A DNA stretch of 63,967 bases, filler included, from Octopus bimaculoides (taxonomy: Eukaryota): assembly GCF_001194135.2 (NCBI RefSeq). It is 6 parts of 6 records of this genome, joined end to end, with 100 filler letters (N's around TTAATTAATTAA, not from the genome) between each part and the next. Parts side by side here need not be neighbours in the genome. Positions count along the whole stretch, not along the records: positions 1 to 28,987 come from NC_068983.1; 5 more parts are not named here. The stretch is one strand, 5' to 3'. The notes beneath the pieces were generated by a model. That model saw only the letters and a program-made list of their open reading frames with translations, was not told the DNA's origin and made no database searches. Both the position numbers and the translations under genes were made by a program. This document shows, piece after piece, positions 13,287-26,618 of this stretch (the stretch's first letter is position 1; the number at the start of each line of letters is the position of its first letter).

Positions 13287-15796
13287 GTAAGTAATATTTC
13301 ATGCAATCATTACACCTCACTGTACATTTTATAACTGTATGTTATTTTATAAATGAAGTTATGATTAGTAAAATATTTTCATTTGAAACCATCTCTAGAT
13401 GGGAATTTTATAATAATCAAAATTTCCTGCTAATTATGAATTAACTTGAAAGAGTTAAATCTGTTATGTCAATGATGACTTACAACATTCATATTATTGT
13501 AATGTTTCATGTTTTATATGTTTACATGCTATATCATGTAACTTAATTTGATAATTATGCAATCAGTGCTTTTAACATGGTTACCAGTTTGACAGAGATG
13601 AACTAGGGTATTCAGTTAAAGTTTCTGAAGGTAAAATATCCCATATGGACAAATGTTTTACTGTGGGACTTCATTACTGGACTTGAGTAATGAGAATCTT
13701 TATAATAGGGATGAAAATTAGGTCCTCCACACAACTTGATCACTGTAATGGTAATAACAAAATAAACATGAATATTATTAAATTTCCTTTCCATTATAGA
13801 AACCACTTGGTATTATGTAAATCACCATGAAAAGTTTAAAATTATGGGTTTTATTGCAGACGTCTAGAGCAAAATAATGAGAGTAATCTGGGAAACCCCA
13901 GAGATTGAATATTTTTTCTTAAATATTACTTGATGTTGCAGAATTGGACATGGAATTTATTTTAAATTTTAACACAAAAATAATACATTTTGCTCTAATT
14001 GGGAAAACATTTATTGAAAAGCACTCCAGCTGTGGCCATCTAATTTCTTCTAAGGCAAAAATATATCCCAGACATTACCATACCTGTTTTCTATATTTTA
14101 TTAATACAATATATATGTATATTTATATATATATATATATATATATNNNNNNNNNNNNNNNNNNNNNNNNNNNNNNNNNNNNNNNNNNNNNNNNNNNNNN
14201 NNNNNNNNNNNNNNNNNNNNNNNNNNNNNNNNNNNNNNNNNNNNNNNNNNNNNNNNNNNNNNNNNNNNNNNNNNNNNNNNNNNNNNNNNNNNNNNNNNNN
14301 NNNNNNNNNNNNNNNNNNNNNNNNNNNNNNNNNNNNNNNNNNNNNNNNNNNNNNNNNNNTATATATATATATATTAGACAGAATGAGATAACAAATCCAA
14401 GGCTATGAGGAGTTTTCAGTACATTTATAATGAAATAGTCTGACAGCTGTTTCTGGGATATTATGGATATCCCTTCATCAGAGACAGTGTGAGAAAATAT
14501 CTGAGTTCGAATTATTGTGGAAAAGGAAGAGATAGGGAATATAGAGGGAAATAAGAGAATGAAAGTAGAAATAAGATATATAAGGATATTGTAGTTGCAG
14601 TTCCATTATTCAAGGAAAATGCTGTATGGAAGTGGTAAAAAAATGTTTCCTGTACATGGTATGTAAATTTCAACAGCAGTTTATGTTTAGTCATTTCAAA
14701 GTATGGAGCCATGGAATCAGTGTTCCTCCTTCGAAAGGGTTTTGTGGTGTGAATGAAAATTTGAGAATGTATTGGTAATATTTGTGGATAGATGGTGGTG
14801 GTGGGGGGGATGTGTATGATTAGAAAGAGGAGACAGGTCAAATTTAAAACAGGAAGAGAAAATGAGAGGAAGGAAGAGAGAAAAAAGAAAAATAGTAAAA
14901 AGGAAAGAGAAAAAACAAAGAGTGAAGAAGAAAAGAAGAAAGGGTGAAGGAAGTGAGAAAGGGAGTGTTAGTTGGTGTTCAAGATAATGTGATGGGAAGA
15001 TGGGAGAGGTGTGGAGGAGGGATAGGAAGAGATGAGAAGGTGAGGAGTAAAAGAATGTGAGATATGTGAGTAGGGGTGATATGACAGCTGCATTAAGGAA
15101 TGAGCAGAGAAAAGGTAGACAAAAGGTATGAGTGGGGTGATACCAAAGTGAATAGTAGTCTTCCTAGTAAAATTTGAGGTGGAGGGAAGAATACAAGGAT
15201 GCCAAATTACTATAAATAGACGTATTTGATAGGTTAGTGATATGTACGAATAGGAGAGGAGGAAAGAAGGTATAATGGCATATGTACGCATGCACTTACA
15301 TACATATATAATTGCAAATATGCATACATATACACACACATATATACAGATATATACATACACATGCATATATATACATGCATGCTTACGCACATCCGTA
15401 TATGTATTTATACATGCATATGCATGCACATACATGTATATATACATGCACACACAGTTGCACATGCATTTACAGTATATTTATATATATATATAAATAT
15501 ACACACATATACGTATGTGTGTGTGTGTGTGGCTGTGTATGTATCTGTATGTTTGCATGTGGGTGTATGTGTATGTATGTATATATGTGTGTGTGGGTGT
15601 GTTTGTGTTTCTACTCCCTCATCATCACTTGACAACCAGTGTTGGTTTGTGTATGTCCCTTTTACTTAGTGGTTTCACAATAGAATCAGTACCAAACTGA
15701 AGAAATAATTGTTGGGGTTAATTTGTTTGACTACATTTTTCAAGGCAGTGCCTCAACACAGCCAAAGTTCAATGGGTAAAACAAATAAAAATGATA

Positions 15797-16760
15797 TTGG
15801 GTCATCCCATAAATAATGTGGGGTTTTTTTTCAATTGCATGAACTAAAAGTCAGAGGAGATAGGATAAACTACCTGCATCAACTTGCTATAAAAGCAGGT
15901 AGTAATTTTACCTTGACTTATTCCTTGTGCAAGTTTTGAAGAGTGCAGTTCGATTCTAACAGTTATTTTTTCAAAGCTGTAATGGAAGTGACAAAGGAGC
16001 ATATTCATCATATTTTGCTTTATCAGTTCAATAAAGACAACAATGCAATGGAAATGGTGAGGAATATTAATGCAGTATATGGGGATCAGACAAAGCCAGT
16101 GTCAATGGTGGTTCCAGAAATTCTGAGCCAGAAACTACAGCCTACAAGACAAACCTTGTTCTGGAAGATCTGTAGAGTTTGACAAAGATGCTCTGCAAAC
16201 CCTGGTGGAACAAAATCACATCGTAACTGTTGAGGAACTAGCAGAGAAGCTTGGATTTAGTCATTCAACTATTCATCAACACCTGTGTGCCATTGGGAAA
16301 GCCAGCAAATTGGGTCAATGGGTTCCTCACAAACTTTCTGAGCCTAATCATGTGCAGAGATAGAATGTGTGGTCTTCTTTGCTGTCACGTCTCACGAATG
16401 AACCTTTTTTGGACTGAATAGTGACTGGTGACAAGAAATGGATTCTATATAAAATTGTCAAGCGCAGAAGGTAATGGGTAGGGAAAGGAGAAACATCGGC
16501 ACCCCAAGTGCAACAGTTAATTGGAATAACGTTGTGAGAGATATTTGTTGGATGTGTATATTTATTCACAGCAAAAAAATTATTGATGATGTTGGCAACT
16601 TAGTTATAGATTGACAAAAAAAAATATATTGTTGAAAGGAGAAATGATACTTGTTATTTTGGTGGTTTTAAAAGTGGTACCAATAGATTTTTTATAAGAG
16701 TTGATCGAAGTGGATAGCAGAAACATCTGTTATCAATGGAATAATTGTATCATATTCCAC
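15797..16760 (+). mobile_element. Decayed mariner (DD34D) transposon, 5' TIR plus transposase N-terminal half
   Basis: TA + TIR ttgggtcatcccataaataatg. ATG at 15982 reads MEVTKEHIHHILLYQFNKDNNAMEMVRNINAVYGD (HTH), then frameshifted WVPHKLSE and IVTGDKKWILY motifs. Confidence 0.85.
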
Positions 16761-17409
16761 GATTATACACAATCAATAAGCAGCCTACTTTCAAATTATT
16801 GATCCATGTGATCTGCCCTTTATCCACTTCATCATCAACCATAGTCATACTTTTTTGGATTCTAATGATTACTCAATGCATTTCCAGTTGCTGTGATATC
16901 AACTAAAATATAAAAACAACAAAATGAAAAGCTCAGGTGAAGAACTGTTTGAATGTTTGATTATAAATTCATATGAATATGTCCTACAGCCTTTTGTTTA
17001 GTAAATCCCATATTTTAGATTGCCTGTGTTTTTGCTGAATACATTTTCTCTATGTTTTTAATTCAAATGATGACCAAATCTATATATATATATATATAAA
17101 ACTGAGAATGTGCGTCTGTCTGTCTGTCTATCTGTCTGTCAGTCTGTCTGTCTGTCTGTCTGTTTTTCTGTGTGTCTGTATGCGTGCATCTCTAAAACTC
17201 GAGAAATACCTGTCGGATTTACTTCAAATTTTACACAAGCCTTAGTTTCAACTTCTTGCCTAATGTGAGCCCAGAGCAATCTCTTGTCTCTTACACTATT
17301 TCAGAATTACGTATCAAAAGCAAAATAATAACATCTCTATTGTAATGTGAGATAATACTTTCAGTTTTAATAGTTTCACTATTAATACTGAAACTATTAA
17401 AAGTGAAAC

Positions 17410-17509
17410 TATTATCTCACTTATATACATGCATACATACACACACACACACACGCATGTATAATTTTATTGTGTATGTATATTATGTATATTTATGTGT
17501 ATGTGTGCG

Positions 17510-17545
<36 letters not shown>

Positions 17546-17555
17546 NNNNNNNNNN

Positions 17556-17596
<41 letters not shown>

Positions 17597-17922
17597 CATA
17601 CATCTGCACATATATATGTAAGTATATATATATAGACGTATATATATAAATGTATATGTATACATGTATTTGTATAGATATACATATATATACATGTATA
17701 TATAGATTTATATATTTATATATGTATATATATGTATATATATATGTGTGCATATATATATGTATGTATATATGTATCTATATATGTATATATATATATA
17801 TATATATATGTGTATACATATGCATATATATATGTATACATATGCATATATGTATATGTATATATATATTAATGTATATATATATTTATACATATATATA
17901 TATGTATGTATGCATGTATATA

Positions 17923-17954
<32 letters not shown>

Positions 17955-17956
17955 GA

Positions 17957-18047
<91 letters not shown>

Positions 18048-18192
18048 ATATATACATATACATATATGTATATATATACATATACATATATGTATATATA
18101 TACATATGTATACATATATATATGCATATATACATATATATATATGCATATATACATTATATATGTATATATATATATAGATGTATATATAC

Positions 18193-18225
<33 letters not shown>
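17410..18225. repeat. Large compound (TA)n/(TATG)n microsatellite
   Basis: About 800 bp of almost pure TA/TG/CA dinucleotides. Source of many spurious YI-repeat ORFs. Confidence 0.95.
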
Positions 18226-18328
18226 ATCATAAATATACAGGGATTAGCATTGAAAATTTAGAAATAGCAGTCAAAGAACTACTGATTCTAAACTACAAAT
18301 TTTTCTCTAAACGGATGGNNNNNNNNNN

Positions 18329-19145
18329 TGTATGTGTGTTGTGAGAATTTACAAAAGACAACAAAAGATGAAGACATGTTTGTAAACAACAAATGAGAAA
18401 GTCTTTGATGTTTCGAGCCTACACTCTTCAACAGAAAGGAACACAGAAATAAACAGGGAGGGAAGACAGAAAAAAGGTATAGTGGCTAGCAATCTATCAT
18501 GGTGAATGCCGGACAGAGGGATCACACAGGAGAGCTAGGAAGAAGGGGAGATAATAAAGTTGTGGTGATCCCAAAACAAAGGTGCACGTGCATGTGGCAG
18601 TGTGAGCGGGAGCAGGGGAAAGAGCCGGGTTGGGAGGTTGGGTTAGGGAAGAACCTATGGACCAAGAGGACTCGTAGGTTGTGGGCTCATTTGAAGGAGG
18701 GGAGGGGTTCGTTAGAGAAGATGTGCAAAGTGGAGGGGTCAGACTAGAGTCGTTGGAAGGCTCGAAGAATGGTGCATTGAAGAGGTAGGGTGGTGGGGTG
18801 GTAGGTGAGGGGAAACCGGAGACGGGTGATGGCAGGGCAGGTGCAGGGGGAGAGAGCAGATGCACAGTCCATGGAACGTGCACTGGCAAGGGTGGTGTGG
18901 ATAGTTGTGCGGAGATATCCACATAGGAGGAAGTGATGAGCCATGAGTTGAGACTGAGTCTCAAAGTCATGGTTGTCACTGCAGATCCTGCGTAGATGGA
19001 GGAATTGGGAATAGGGGATGGAGAGCTTGGTGTGTTTAGGGTGGGAGGAGGAGAAGTTGAGGTATGAGTGTGAGTCTGTGTTTGTAGTGGATGGAGGTGG
19101 TGAGAGTTGAGTGATGGATGCTGACCAAACTGTTGAGAAAGGCAA
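18329..19145 (-). mobile_element. Penelope-like element, RT thumb plus Cys-linker fused to the 3' terminal region (GIY-YIG deleted)
   Basis: TDSHSYLNFSSSHPKHTKLSIPYSQFLHLRRICSD...RFPLTYHP then PGSFPCSRSHCH. It then joins directly to the 3' end shared with copies 172-1130 and 60420-60815. Confidence 0.88.
18403..18438 (-). ncRNA. Penelope-associated minimal hammerhead motif, variant core CUGUUGA
   Basis: Minus strand: cttt-CTGTTGA-AGAG tgtagg CTC-GAAAC-ATC-aaag. Stem I cttt/aaag, stem II GAG/CTC. Confidence 0.55.
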
Positions 19146-19616
19146 CTGTTATAACTTTTAAAACTTTTAAAACCTTAAAACTTAAAAACTCTGAAACTTT
19201 TGAGACTTTTTGAAATTTTTGAAATTTTTCTAAAAAAAAAAATTTTAACAGTTTTTAAACTTAAAAAAACAATCTTTTTGAGATTCTTTAAGGTTTTAAA
19301 AAAAATTGTTTCACCCTTTCTTGTCCTGGTTTAACTTCTTATCATTTATTCAGTTACAATATTTCACCCTCATCCTTTACCTTCCTTAACCTCTCCTATT
19401 TAATGGCATTACCCTGTTGTCTTACTATACTGTATGTTGTCTGAGATACACCAGCACATTATACACACGAATATACATACATACATGCATATACATACAT
19501 ACATATATACATACATACATACATACACACACACATACATACATACAGACAGACAGACAGACATACATACATACAAGTTTTGACAAAATTAGTGCCAATG
19601 AGGTCATCTATTTTTA

Positions 19617-20440
19617 GAAGATGTAGAAGGAGACATTACAAGGCATGAAATCATATACACAGAATGGAAAAAATGTCCAACATATTAACATATATTCACA
19701 CCATTCACAAGCTGTTCTGATGTAACTCAAGTGAATGAAGAAATAGTTACTACAAAACTAGAACAACAAGCCCATGGAATACTTCATGTTCTCAATGACT
19801 ATTTACATAATCTAAAGGAAACAGGTCAAACAATGGGATTTGACAGCTTATGAAACTCTATGGAAACATATATGATTATATACTGGAAGGTGAAAATATT
19901 TGTTGTTGTTGGCACTCCGTTGCATACGGCGTCGAGGGTTCCAGTTGATTCGATCAACGGAACAGCCTGCTCGTGAAATTAATGTGCAAGTGGCTGAGCA
20001 CTCCACAAACACATGTGCCCTTAACATAGTTCTCGAGGATATTCAGCGTGACACAGTGTGACAAGGCTGACCCTTTGAATTACAGGCACAACAGAAACAG
20101 GAAGTATGAGTGAGAGAAAGTTGTGGTGAAAGAGTACAGCAGGGTTCGCCACCACCCCCTGCCGGAGCCTCATGGAGCTTTAGGTGTTTTCGCTTAATAA
20201 ACACTCACAGCGCCCGGTCTGGGAATCGAAACCACGAGTCTGCTGCCCTAACCACTGGGCCATTGCGCCTCCACTGGAAGGTGAAAATACACAATTTTAT
20301 TAAAAGAGTCCCAAAAGTTCTTTGCTGGTGGAACATTCAAAATTACACCTCACTTTTTTCTTCAAGATTTATGCCATTCATACAGAAATATATGGTGGCA
20401 TTCATCCAGTTCTATATGTTCTACTTCCCAATAAATTGAC
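19617..20440 (+). mobile_element. Decayed MULE (Mutator-like) transposase, interrupted by a SINE
   Basis: A FLYWCH-like stretch (IIYTEWKKCPTY*HI...CSD...QAHG) precedes the SINE. After it come FAGGTFKITPHFFLQ and YAIHTEIYGGIHPVLYVLLPNK, the MULE DGTF...QLYTIH...YxLLPNK motif with catalytic Asp changed to Gly. Confidence 0.75.
19899..20272 (-). mobile_element. Full-length tRNA-derived SINE with 17-bp target-site duplication
   Basis: Minus-strand head GGAGGCGCAATGGCCCAGTGGTTAGGG...TTTCGATTCCC and (AAC)n tail. TSD ACTGGAAGGTGAAAATA at 19882-19898 and 20273-20289. A second full copy lies at 54426-54802 (+). Confidence 0.9.
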
Positions 20441-20444
20441 AAGT

Positions 20445-21585
20445 AGTGTTTAATGCCACCTAAACACAGCTGTTCCCTAGGATGATACAACTATTTTAAC
20501 CTCAGGAGGAGAATGTCATTGCTACTGTGGAAATCAATCTGTTCAGTAGAGTTCCTGCAAAAACTTTGTCCACTTTAGAGAACAGCAAGATGCTGCAAAA
20601 ATTTCTGCACTCAGATTTCTTATCCTTCTTAAACAGATCCCAAGATAGCATCTTTTCAGTCTTGAGGTTTCAAATATTCCCATACATGAGAGATAACCTT
20701 GTACAATATACTTTTCAGCCCAAATTTCTCCCCAAAATTTCAGTACCTCTGCTGATATTCTATCTATGTCCAGTGATTTTCCGTTGTTCATTTGTGCTAT
20801 GATTTTGTTGACTTATTGATTTAGGGCTTCATCTAAACATTTTTTTAATGGCCACTGCTCAATATCATCTTGCACGTATTCATCAATCTCTCTGATACTG
20901 CTCCCCAGCTCATTGTAGTTATCCCTCTGTCTAACCTGTATTTCATTTGGCTGCTTCAAGATCTTATTTCCAGTCTTGCCCTTAACAGGAGTAAAAGGTG
21001 ACTCATGTGGACCATAGACTTCTTTCAGCAGTTAGTACACTGTCTTAGAATATCTAGCATCTGATGTGAATTGAAGGGCTTGAGCCTTTTCTTCCCACCA
21101 GGCATTCTGAATGTTATGCAAATGTCTTTAAACTTTCATCTTCTTTAATGCCTCTACTACTTTATTGATTGAAGATAAATTTGGAAGATGTGTTCTATCA
21201 TGTCATCATTGTCATGTACTGTACACTTTGCAGTGTGTTGATGATACCACACTGAAAGTCTTCCTGACTAAGTGCAAGTTCTCCCATTGGATGAAGCCAT
21301 AGTGTTACTTCATTTGGACTTTCCCATAGTGTTTTCTTGGCAAAGATATTGGGGTGGTTTGGCATTGCCTTCGCCAACTGGCTGACTGTTGGCCTTTAAA
21401 GAGCACATCCACTCTTCGACAGGTCTTGTTTTTAATCCTGCTAAGTCTCCAGGTATCTTCCTCACAAGAGTAACAAGCTACTTGATTTGGGGAATTGGTT
21501 TAGTCACTGATTACTTGACCATGGAACTAGTAGTACTAGTTTACATAGCACCAGTAGCACATCTCATCAACCTGTAATGTGATTC
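20445..21585 (-). mobile_element. Decayed RTE/BovB-like LINE (APE end to RT start)
   Basis: MNNGKSLDIDRISAEVLK and KKDKKSECRNFCSILLFSKVDKVFAGTLLNRLI, the RT N-terminal GKSPGxDxIPAEVLK and C.N.RGISLLS motifs. Frameshifted. Confidence 0.75.
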
Positions 21586-21651
21586 CTGACCTGACTATAT
21601 TTCATGTAATCTTTGTTTCAATATTTTGAATATACATACAGACATACATAC

Positions 21652-21707
<56 letters not shown>

Positions 21708-22334
21708 TCATAAACATACATAAATATATGAACAGTGTATATTTGGGAAATTTTATAAGTATATGTCTCCTCCCATATGGATGTGATGCTTTAAGTACCT
21801 CTTCCTTATCAGAATTCCATTCTCTCCTTCAGTTTTGTATGTAGCTATCACCTGCTTCTTCTTCACTGCTAGCAAAGTCCTGAATCCCTTTATTTTACTC
21901 TTCTGCATTTTCCTGCGCCACTTTGAAACATTTTTCTTTTCATTCTGTCTTGCTAATTCATCATTCTCTGTTCCAATCTGTTTCCCCAATGTTATAGGGA
22001 ATGTAACTTGCAGAATTCTTGAAACTAACTATGAATGTAAGGCTCATCATGAACATAATATTATGAGACAAGCTGCTTATAAACAATAGGACACACCTGA
22101 TCATCCTTACTAGAATAATGTACAGAGACACCATAAAACCCCACAACAACATCAGGGCAGGCAGAAAACTAAGAAGCAAAATAAGTAGGGGCTAGATCAT
22201 AGCTATATACATGCAAGTAATAAAAGAGAGGTGCCTTCAGCTGTAATCCTGGTTATCATTATGTTTCTGAAAAAATAGTTTCTAAAAGCATATTCAAAAT
22301 TTGCAGCAAAAACTTGACCTAAAATTAGAAACAA

Positions 22335-22555
22335 GAAACAGCTGCAGTTTGCTGTTCCATTAGAAAAATTAATCTATTAGTCTGCTGATTCACCAAAGCT
22401 CCTAAAATAGTTTATTTTTGCCACTACTGCCAGACATTATTTGCAGAACATCAGAAAATACATTTCTGTATTGCAAATGACTTCCTTTGAAGGCAACATT
22501 ATCGGGGAAGTGATATTTATGCCAACTTTTAAAGTACAAGGGCAAATTTACTGAA
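22335..22555 (+). mobile_element. Helitron Rep-helicase N-terminal fragment
   Basis: ETAAVCCS.. then HYLQNIRKYISVLQMTSFEGNIIGEVIFMPTFKVQGQIY, matching the Helitron HFLxNIRKYNSxFQMTSFG...PTFKVQGQVY motif. Confidence 0.8.
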
Positions 22556-25039
22556 AGTTCTGGATTGCTTCAGCTTGTCTCTATGTTTTCTCTAGGACAG
22601 ACTTCGCTAAGGATAGCATTCTACATTGCTTTACTAACAATGTCATGTTGCTTGTGTAAGTTGTGCTTCAATGACATTTTTGGGCATGCACTGATCATAC
22701 ATGTAGTTTCTTCTACAGATATGTGGCATACGCAACAGCTATGATGGCACTTCATTGTCTCTTTTGTTGAACGGGTATTTTGTAGTTAACACCTACTCTA
22801 AGACTGAAAAAACATAACTCTCAGTGTTTGATATAATGTAAAGGCCTTGAGCCCAAGAGAGGTTTCAGGTGTTTTCAATAAAGGCATCTCTCTCAAGTTT
22901 CTAGAAAACACATCTATACATTTTTCTTATTATAAAGACTTACCCCTCTAGGCCTTTGTTGCGATAGAGTCATATGGCAATTCTGGGCTTGCATAGAACA
23001 TCTTCAAAACCTGACTGTTTCTTGAAAGTAGATCAATCTTCACTCAAAAGACATTGTTCCCATCATTTTTAAGCATTTAGATCATGTATTTTTGTTGAAC
23101 TTTGTTTAGCAGGTATTTTTTGTAACATCACAGGGCACCCAAAAACTGTTTGGACTCAACTTAAGCCCGTTCTTCTATCTTTTTTCTGAGACAGAGCCTG
23201 TCCCTACCACTCTATCTGTAGAAGCTTCCAGTTGATATCAGAATTATGGAGCAGACTTCTTTATTGCTCAGTTAAGTATCCCAAATATTGTTACCAGTAC
23301 TGGTATTACAAATATGTTTTAGCATAGTGTCTTGTTACAGGAGAGCTTTCACTGCCATAATTTTAAAGTATGGTGTAAAATTCTTAGGTTATTCTATCAT
23401 TGTTCACAGCACATATTTTTGTCAACATTTAGGTATTGTTGTAGAACAGGAGAGATAAATGGAGATAGAGAGTCTTTGGATTGGGAAGTAGCTATCCTGT
23501 CTTCACATATCAAATACAAACATTTCTTTAGCCAAATTTTATTCTTATTTCATATGAAAATGTAATGAGATCAAATTGTTTCTCAGCATTGAAAATGTTT
23601 CTAATGCAGATTTTGTTTTTTTGGGGGGATCAGCAAAAAAAAAAGAAAAGAAAATTTGGTGTTATGATAATAATTTTTGTTATGTAGATTCTAACAAATA
23701 ATCATTAAATTTGAGTCAAAGAAATACCAGTGGATTTAATGTCAGATTAGAGAGGCTGTTTCCTTGGAATATTCTCATTAAAAGGTTTCTAGCATCAGGA
23801 ACAATTAATTTGCTTTCAAATACAAAGATGAAAATAGTTTACTAGGCTTTTGTGAGTCATTCAATAGAAAAAATTACTTTAACAATTGCAGTGATTTAAG
23901 CAACCACAAATTGGGAATAGAGTCACATGCCATTCTATAATGATGTTGTATTGTCATGAGCTTTTATAGCATTTTTCGTTTACATTGTTTAGCACAATTA
24001 ATTTATTAAAAGTTCCATGCCTGCTCATCAATTACTGCTTTTAGGACACCACACTTCCTTGCCTGCTTATCAGTTACTGCTTTTAGGACTCAAATTGTCT
24101 TGGAAGAGTTGATTAAGAGAGACTGTCCAAAGAATACAATGTTTAATCAAGCAATAGCTCTATGGCTTTCTGTCAAGTGCATGCCTTCTATCTTAAAGTT
24201 TTCTATCTTGAATTTACAAGATTTTGTATGTATCATGCTAAGCAATTAACATTAGTTTGTTAATTTAGCCTTCCATAGTTTTTTATATCTCAAAATCTGT
24301 TATCAGTCTCCAATTGTTAGGTCTTTTCCTCATGACTTTTCATCATGCAGTTTTCCCACATCTTTAGTATGTGTGTGTGTGTGTGTGTGTGTGTACGTAT
24401 ATTGGAGCCTGTGTGACATGTGACTATTTCTGCTAGTTTTTATATCCAAGACATGTGTTGCATAGGTCAGCAAGAGAGCATTTCTCCATAGTGCATTGTC
24501 TGCAAGTTACAATATTTCCAAATCTGCCTTAACTATTTCTTACAAAGTCTTTCTTGCTTATTTCTTTCAGGAATGCTTTCCAGCTTTCCACTACTAACTC
24601 ATAACAGCCATCTGTGTTTTATAGGTTTGTAATCATGTGTCACACATCTGCCAATGCTTTTGGTACTAAGCTTTCTCACTTAACACTCAATCTTTATTGT
24701 AATCAAATAGTACACAACAAATGGCTCATACTTCTTTTAAATTTACAAATGAGTATATTTATTTCAAATACAGTAATTTTATATCATCAAAACATATATG
24801 CAACATATATATAATGTTGGTATATACATATCTGTTTATCTAATATTCAAAAATAAAAATGGAAAAAGAGGAACACAGAAAGAAAAAATGTAAGCGGAAA
24901 AAAGAGAAAATAAAAAGGAAAGAAAGACATCAATGCTACACCAAGTGCCTCAATTGGTCAAACACCACAAAGTTCAATGGAACCTACTGAAGCAAGCCAA
25001 CACGCGGGTGATGGCAAGGCTAAGGCATTTGAACAGTTC

Positions 25040-25897
25040 GGATCTTTTTGGTTTGACGGGCAACACTTGTTTTCTTAACGAAACACTTTCAAACTTGGGA
25101 TACTGGTAGAATGTGTCATATAAAACATCTTTTTCTCTTAACCTTCTTAACAAAAATTAGTTCTTAATAAGTTATTTCATGTTAAAGTTGTCGTATTTTT
25201 GTAATTTCAACCAATCACTGACGTCTATTCAGCTGAATACAGTTAGTGCTATTTTTATAAACAATAATTTTTACCAGTGTCAAGAGTGTTATTCCCTGTT
25301 TAATTATATCATTATTCCCTAGTAAGGGTTTNNNNNNNNNNNNNNNNNNNNNNNNNNNNNNNNNNNNNNNNNNNNNNNNNNNNNNNNNNNNNNNNNNNNN
25401 NNNNNNNNNNNNNNNNNNNNNNNNNNNNNNNNNNNNNNNNNNNNNNNNNNNNNNNNNNNNNNNNNNNNNNNNNNNNNNNNNNNNNNNNNNNNAACCCTAA
25501 CCGTAATCCTAAAACTAACCCTAACTCTAAAACCCGAACCCTAACCCTAAAACCCTAAAGCTAAAACCAGTACAAACGCACGAACGATGTCATAAATAAG
25601 AGGAACACGGGTAGTTGTTGAGAAACAACGGCACTAATTTTATTCAAGGGAAAAGATCCCATGACACCGTTGTTTACATTCCACGCCATTAATTGTTTTC
25701 ACCTCAATAGACGTCAGTGATTGGTTGAAATTACCGAAATACGACAACTTTTTACATGAAATAACTTCGAATACAAAATTTTTTATCTGTTCTATAATAC
25801 AAAATATACAAGTATACGAAGTTTGAAAGTGTTTCGGTACCAAAAACACTACATAAAACATTAATGAAAAACGTTGCCCGTCAAACCAAAAAGATCC
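25040..25897. mobile_element. Foldback-type non-autonomous DNA transposon with telomere-like core
   Basis: Perfect 25-bp TIR GGATCTTTTTGGTTTGACGGGCAAC (25040-25064 / 25873-25897) and perfect 8-bp TSD AACAGTTC (25032-25039 / 25898-25905). Further inverted blocks inside, and (CCCTAA)-like repeats at 25493-25570. Confidence 0.85.
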
Positions 25898-25961
25898 AAC
25901 AGTTCCTCCTAAGAAGTAGATTGTTTGCATCCACTTCAACACATAAAGTTTCCACTTATAA

Positions 25962-25996
<35 letters not shown>

Positions 25997-26580
25997 CTAT
26001 GTATGTTGATATGTATTTGTGTGCATGTGTGTGTGTGTATCATCATCATCATCATCATCATTGTCATTTAACGTCTATCTGTCTTGCCATCTTTCTCCTC
26101 TTTAGCTTTATCTCTCCTTCCTCTCCTTTTTTTCCTGCGGGGGTAGCCAAGCATCTTATCTATAGTAAAGACACGTAACTTCGTTCATTTATTATACTCT
26201 AACCTCTCAACAGGCACAAAGCTACTTCCGTCAGTACCACTCTCTGTCCCAGCTGAGGGGTCTTTGTCTTGCTAGTTACTTAGCAGCCCCAATAGTGCTG
26301 GAACCACATAAAAAGCACCAGTGCTGGTTCCACATAAAATGCACCAGTGCTGGTGCCACATAAAATGCACCCAGTACACTCAGTAACATGGTTGGTGTTA
26401 GGAAGAGCATCAAGTCATAGAAACCATGTTGAGGTAGGCAACAGAGTCTGGTGTAGTTCTCTGGTTTACCAACTGCTGTCAAACCATTCAGCTCATGCCA
26501 ACATGAAAGATGTACATTAAATGCACACACAAAAGCACACGCACACATGCATACATGCGTGCATGCACACACTCACACGG

Positions 26581-26618
<38 letters not shown>

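Noticed and set aside
14510-15270. Purine/pyrimidine-skewed ORF-bearing tracts here and at 58230-58800
   Set aside because: Probably very old LINE remnants. I could identify no diagnostic motif, so they are not called.
17403-18344. Many 70-200 aa ORFs of YIYI/CVCV/THTH composition here and throughout the window
   Set aside because: They are translations of (TA)n, (TG)n and (CA)n microsatellites with no splice or domain support.
24614-24814. Candidate next KCNT exon (phase-compatible acceptor near 24624)
   Set aside because: It lacks the W..I.WV.R...LW..Q pattern and has no good donor.
25493-25570. Ancient chromosome fusion site
   Set aside because: The repeats are short, degenerate and enclosed by TIRs with a TSD. 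A transposon explains them better.
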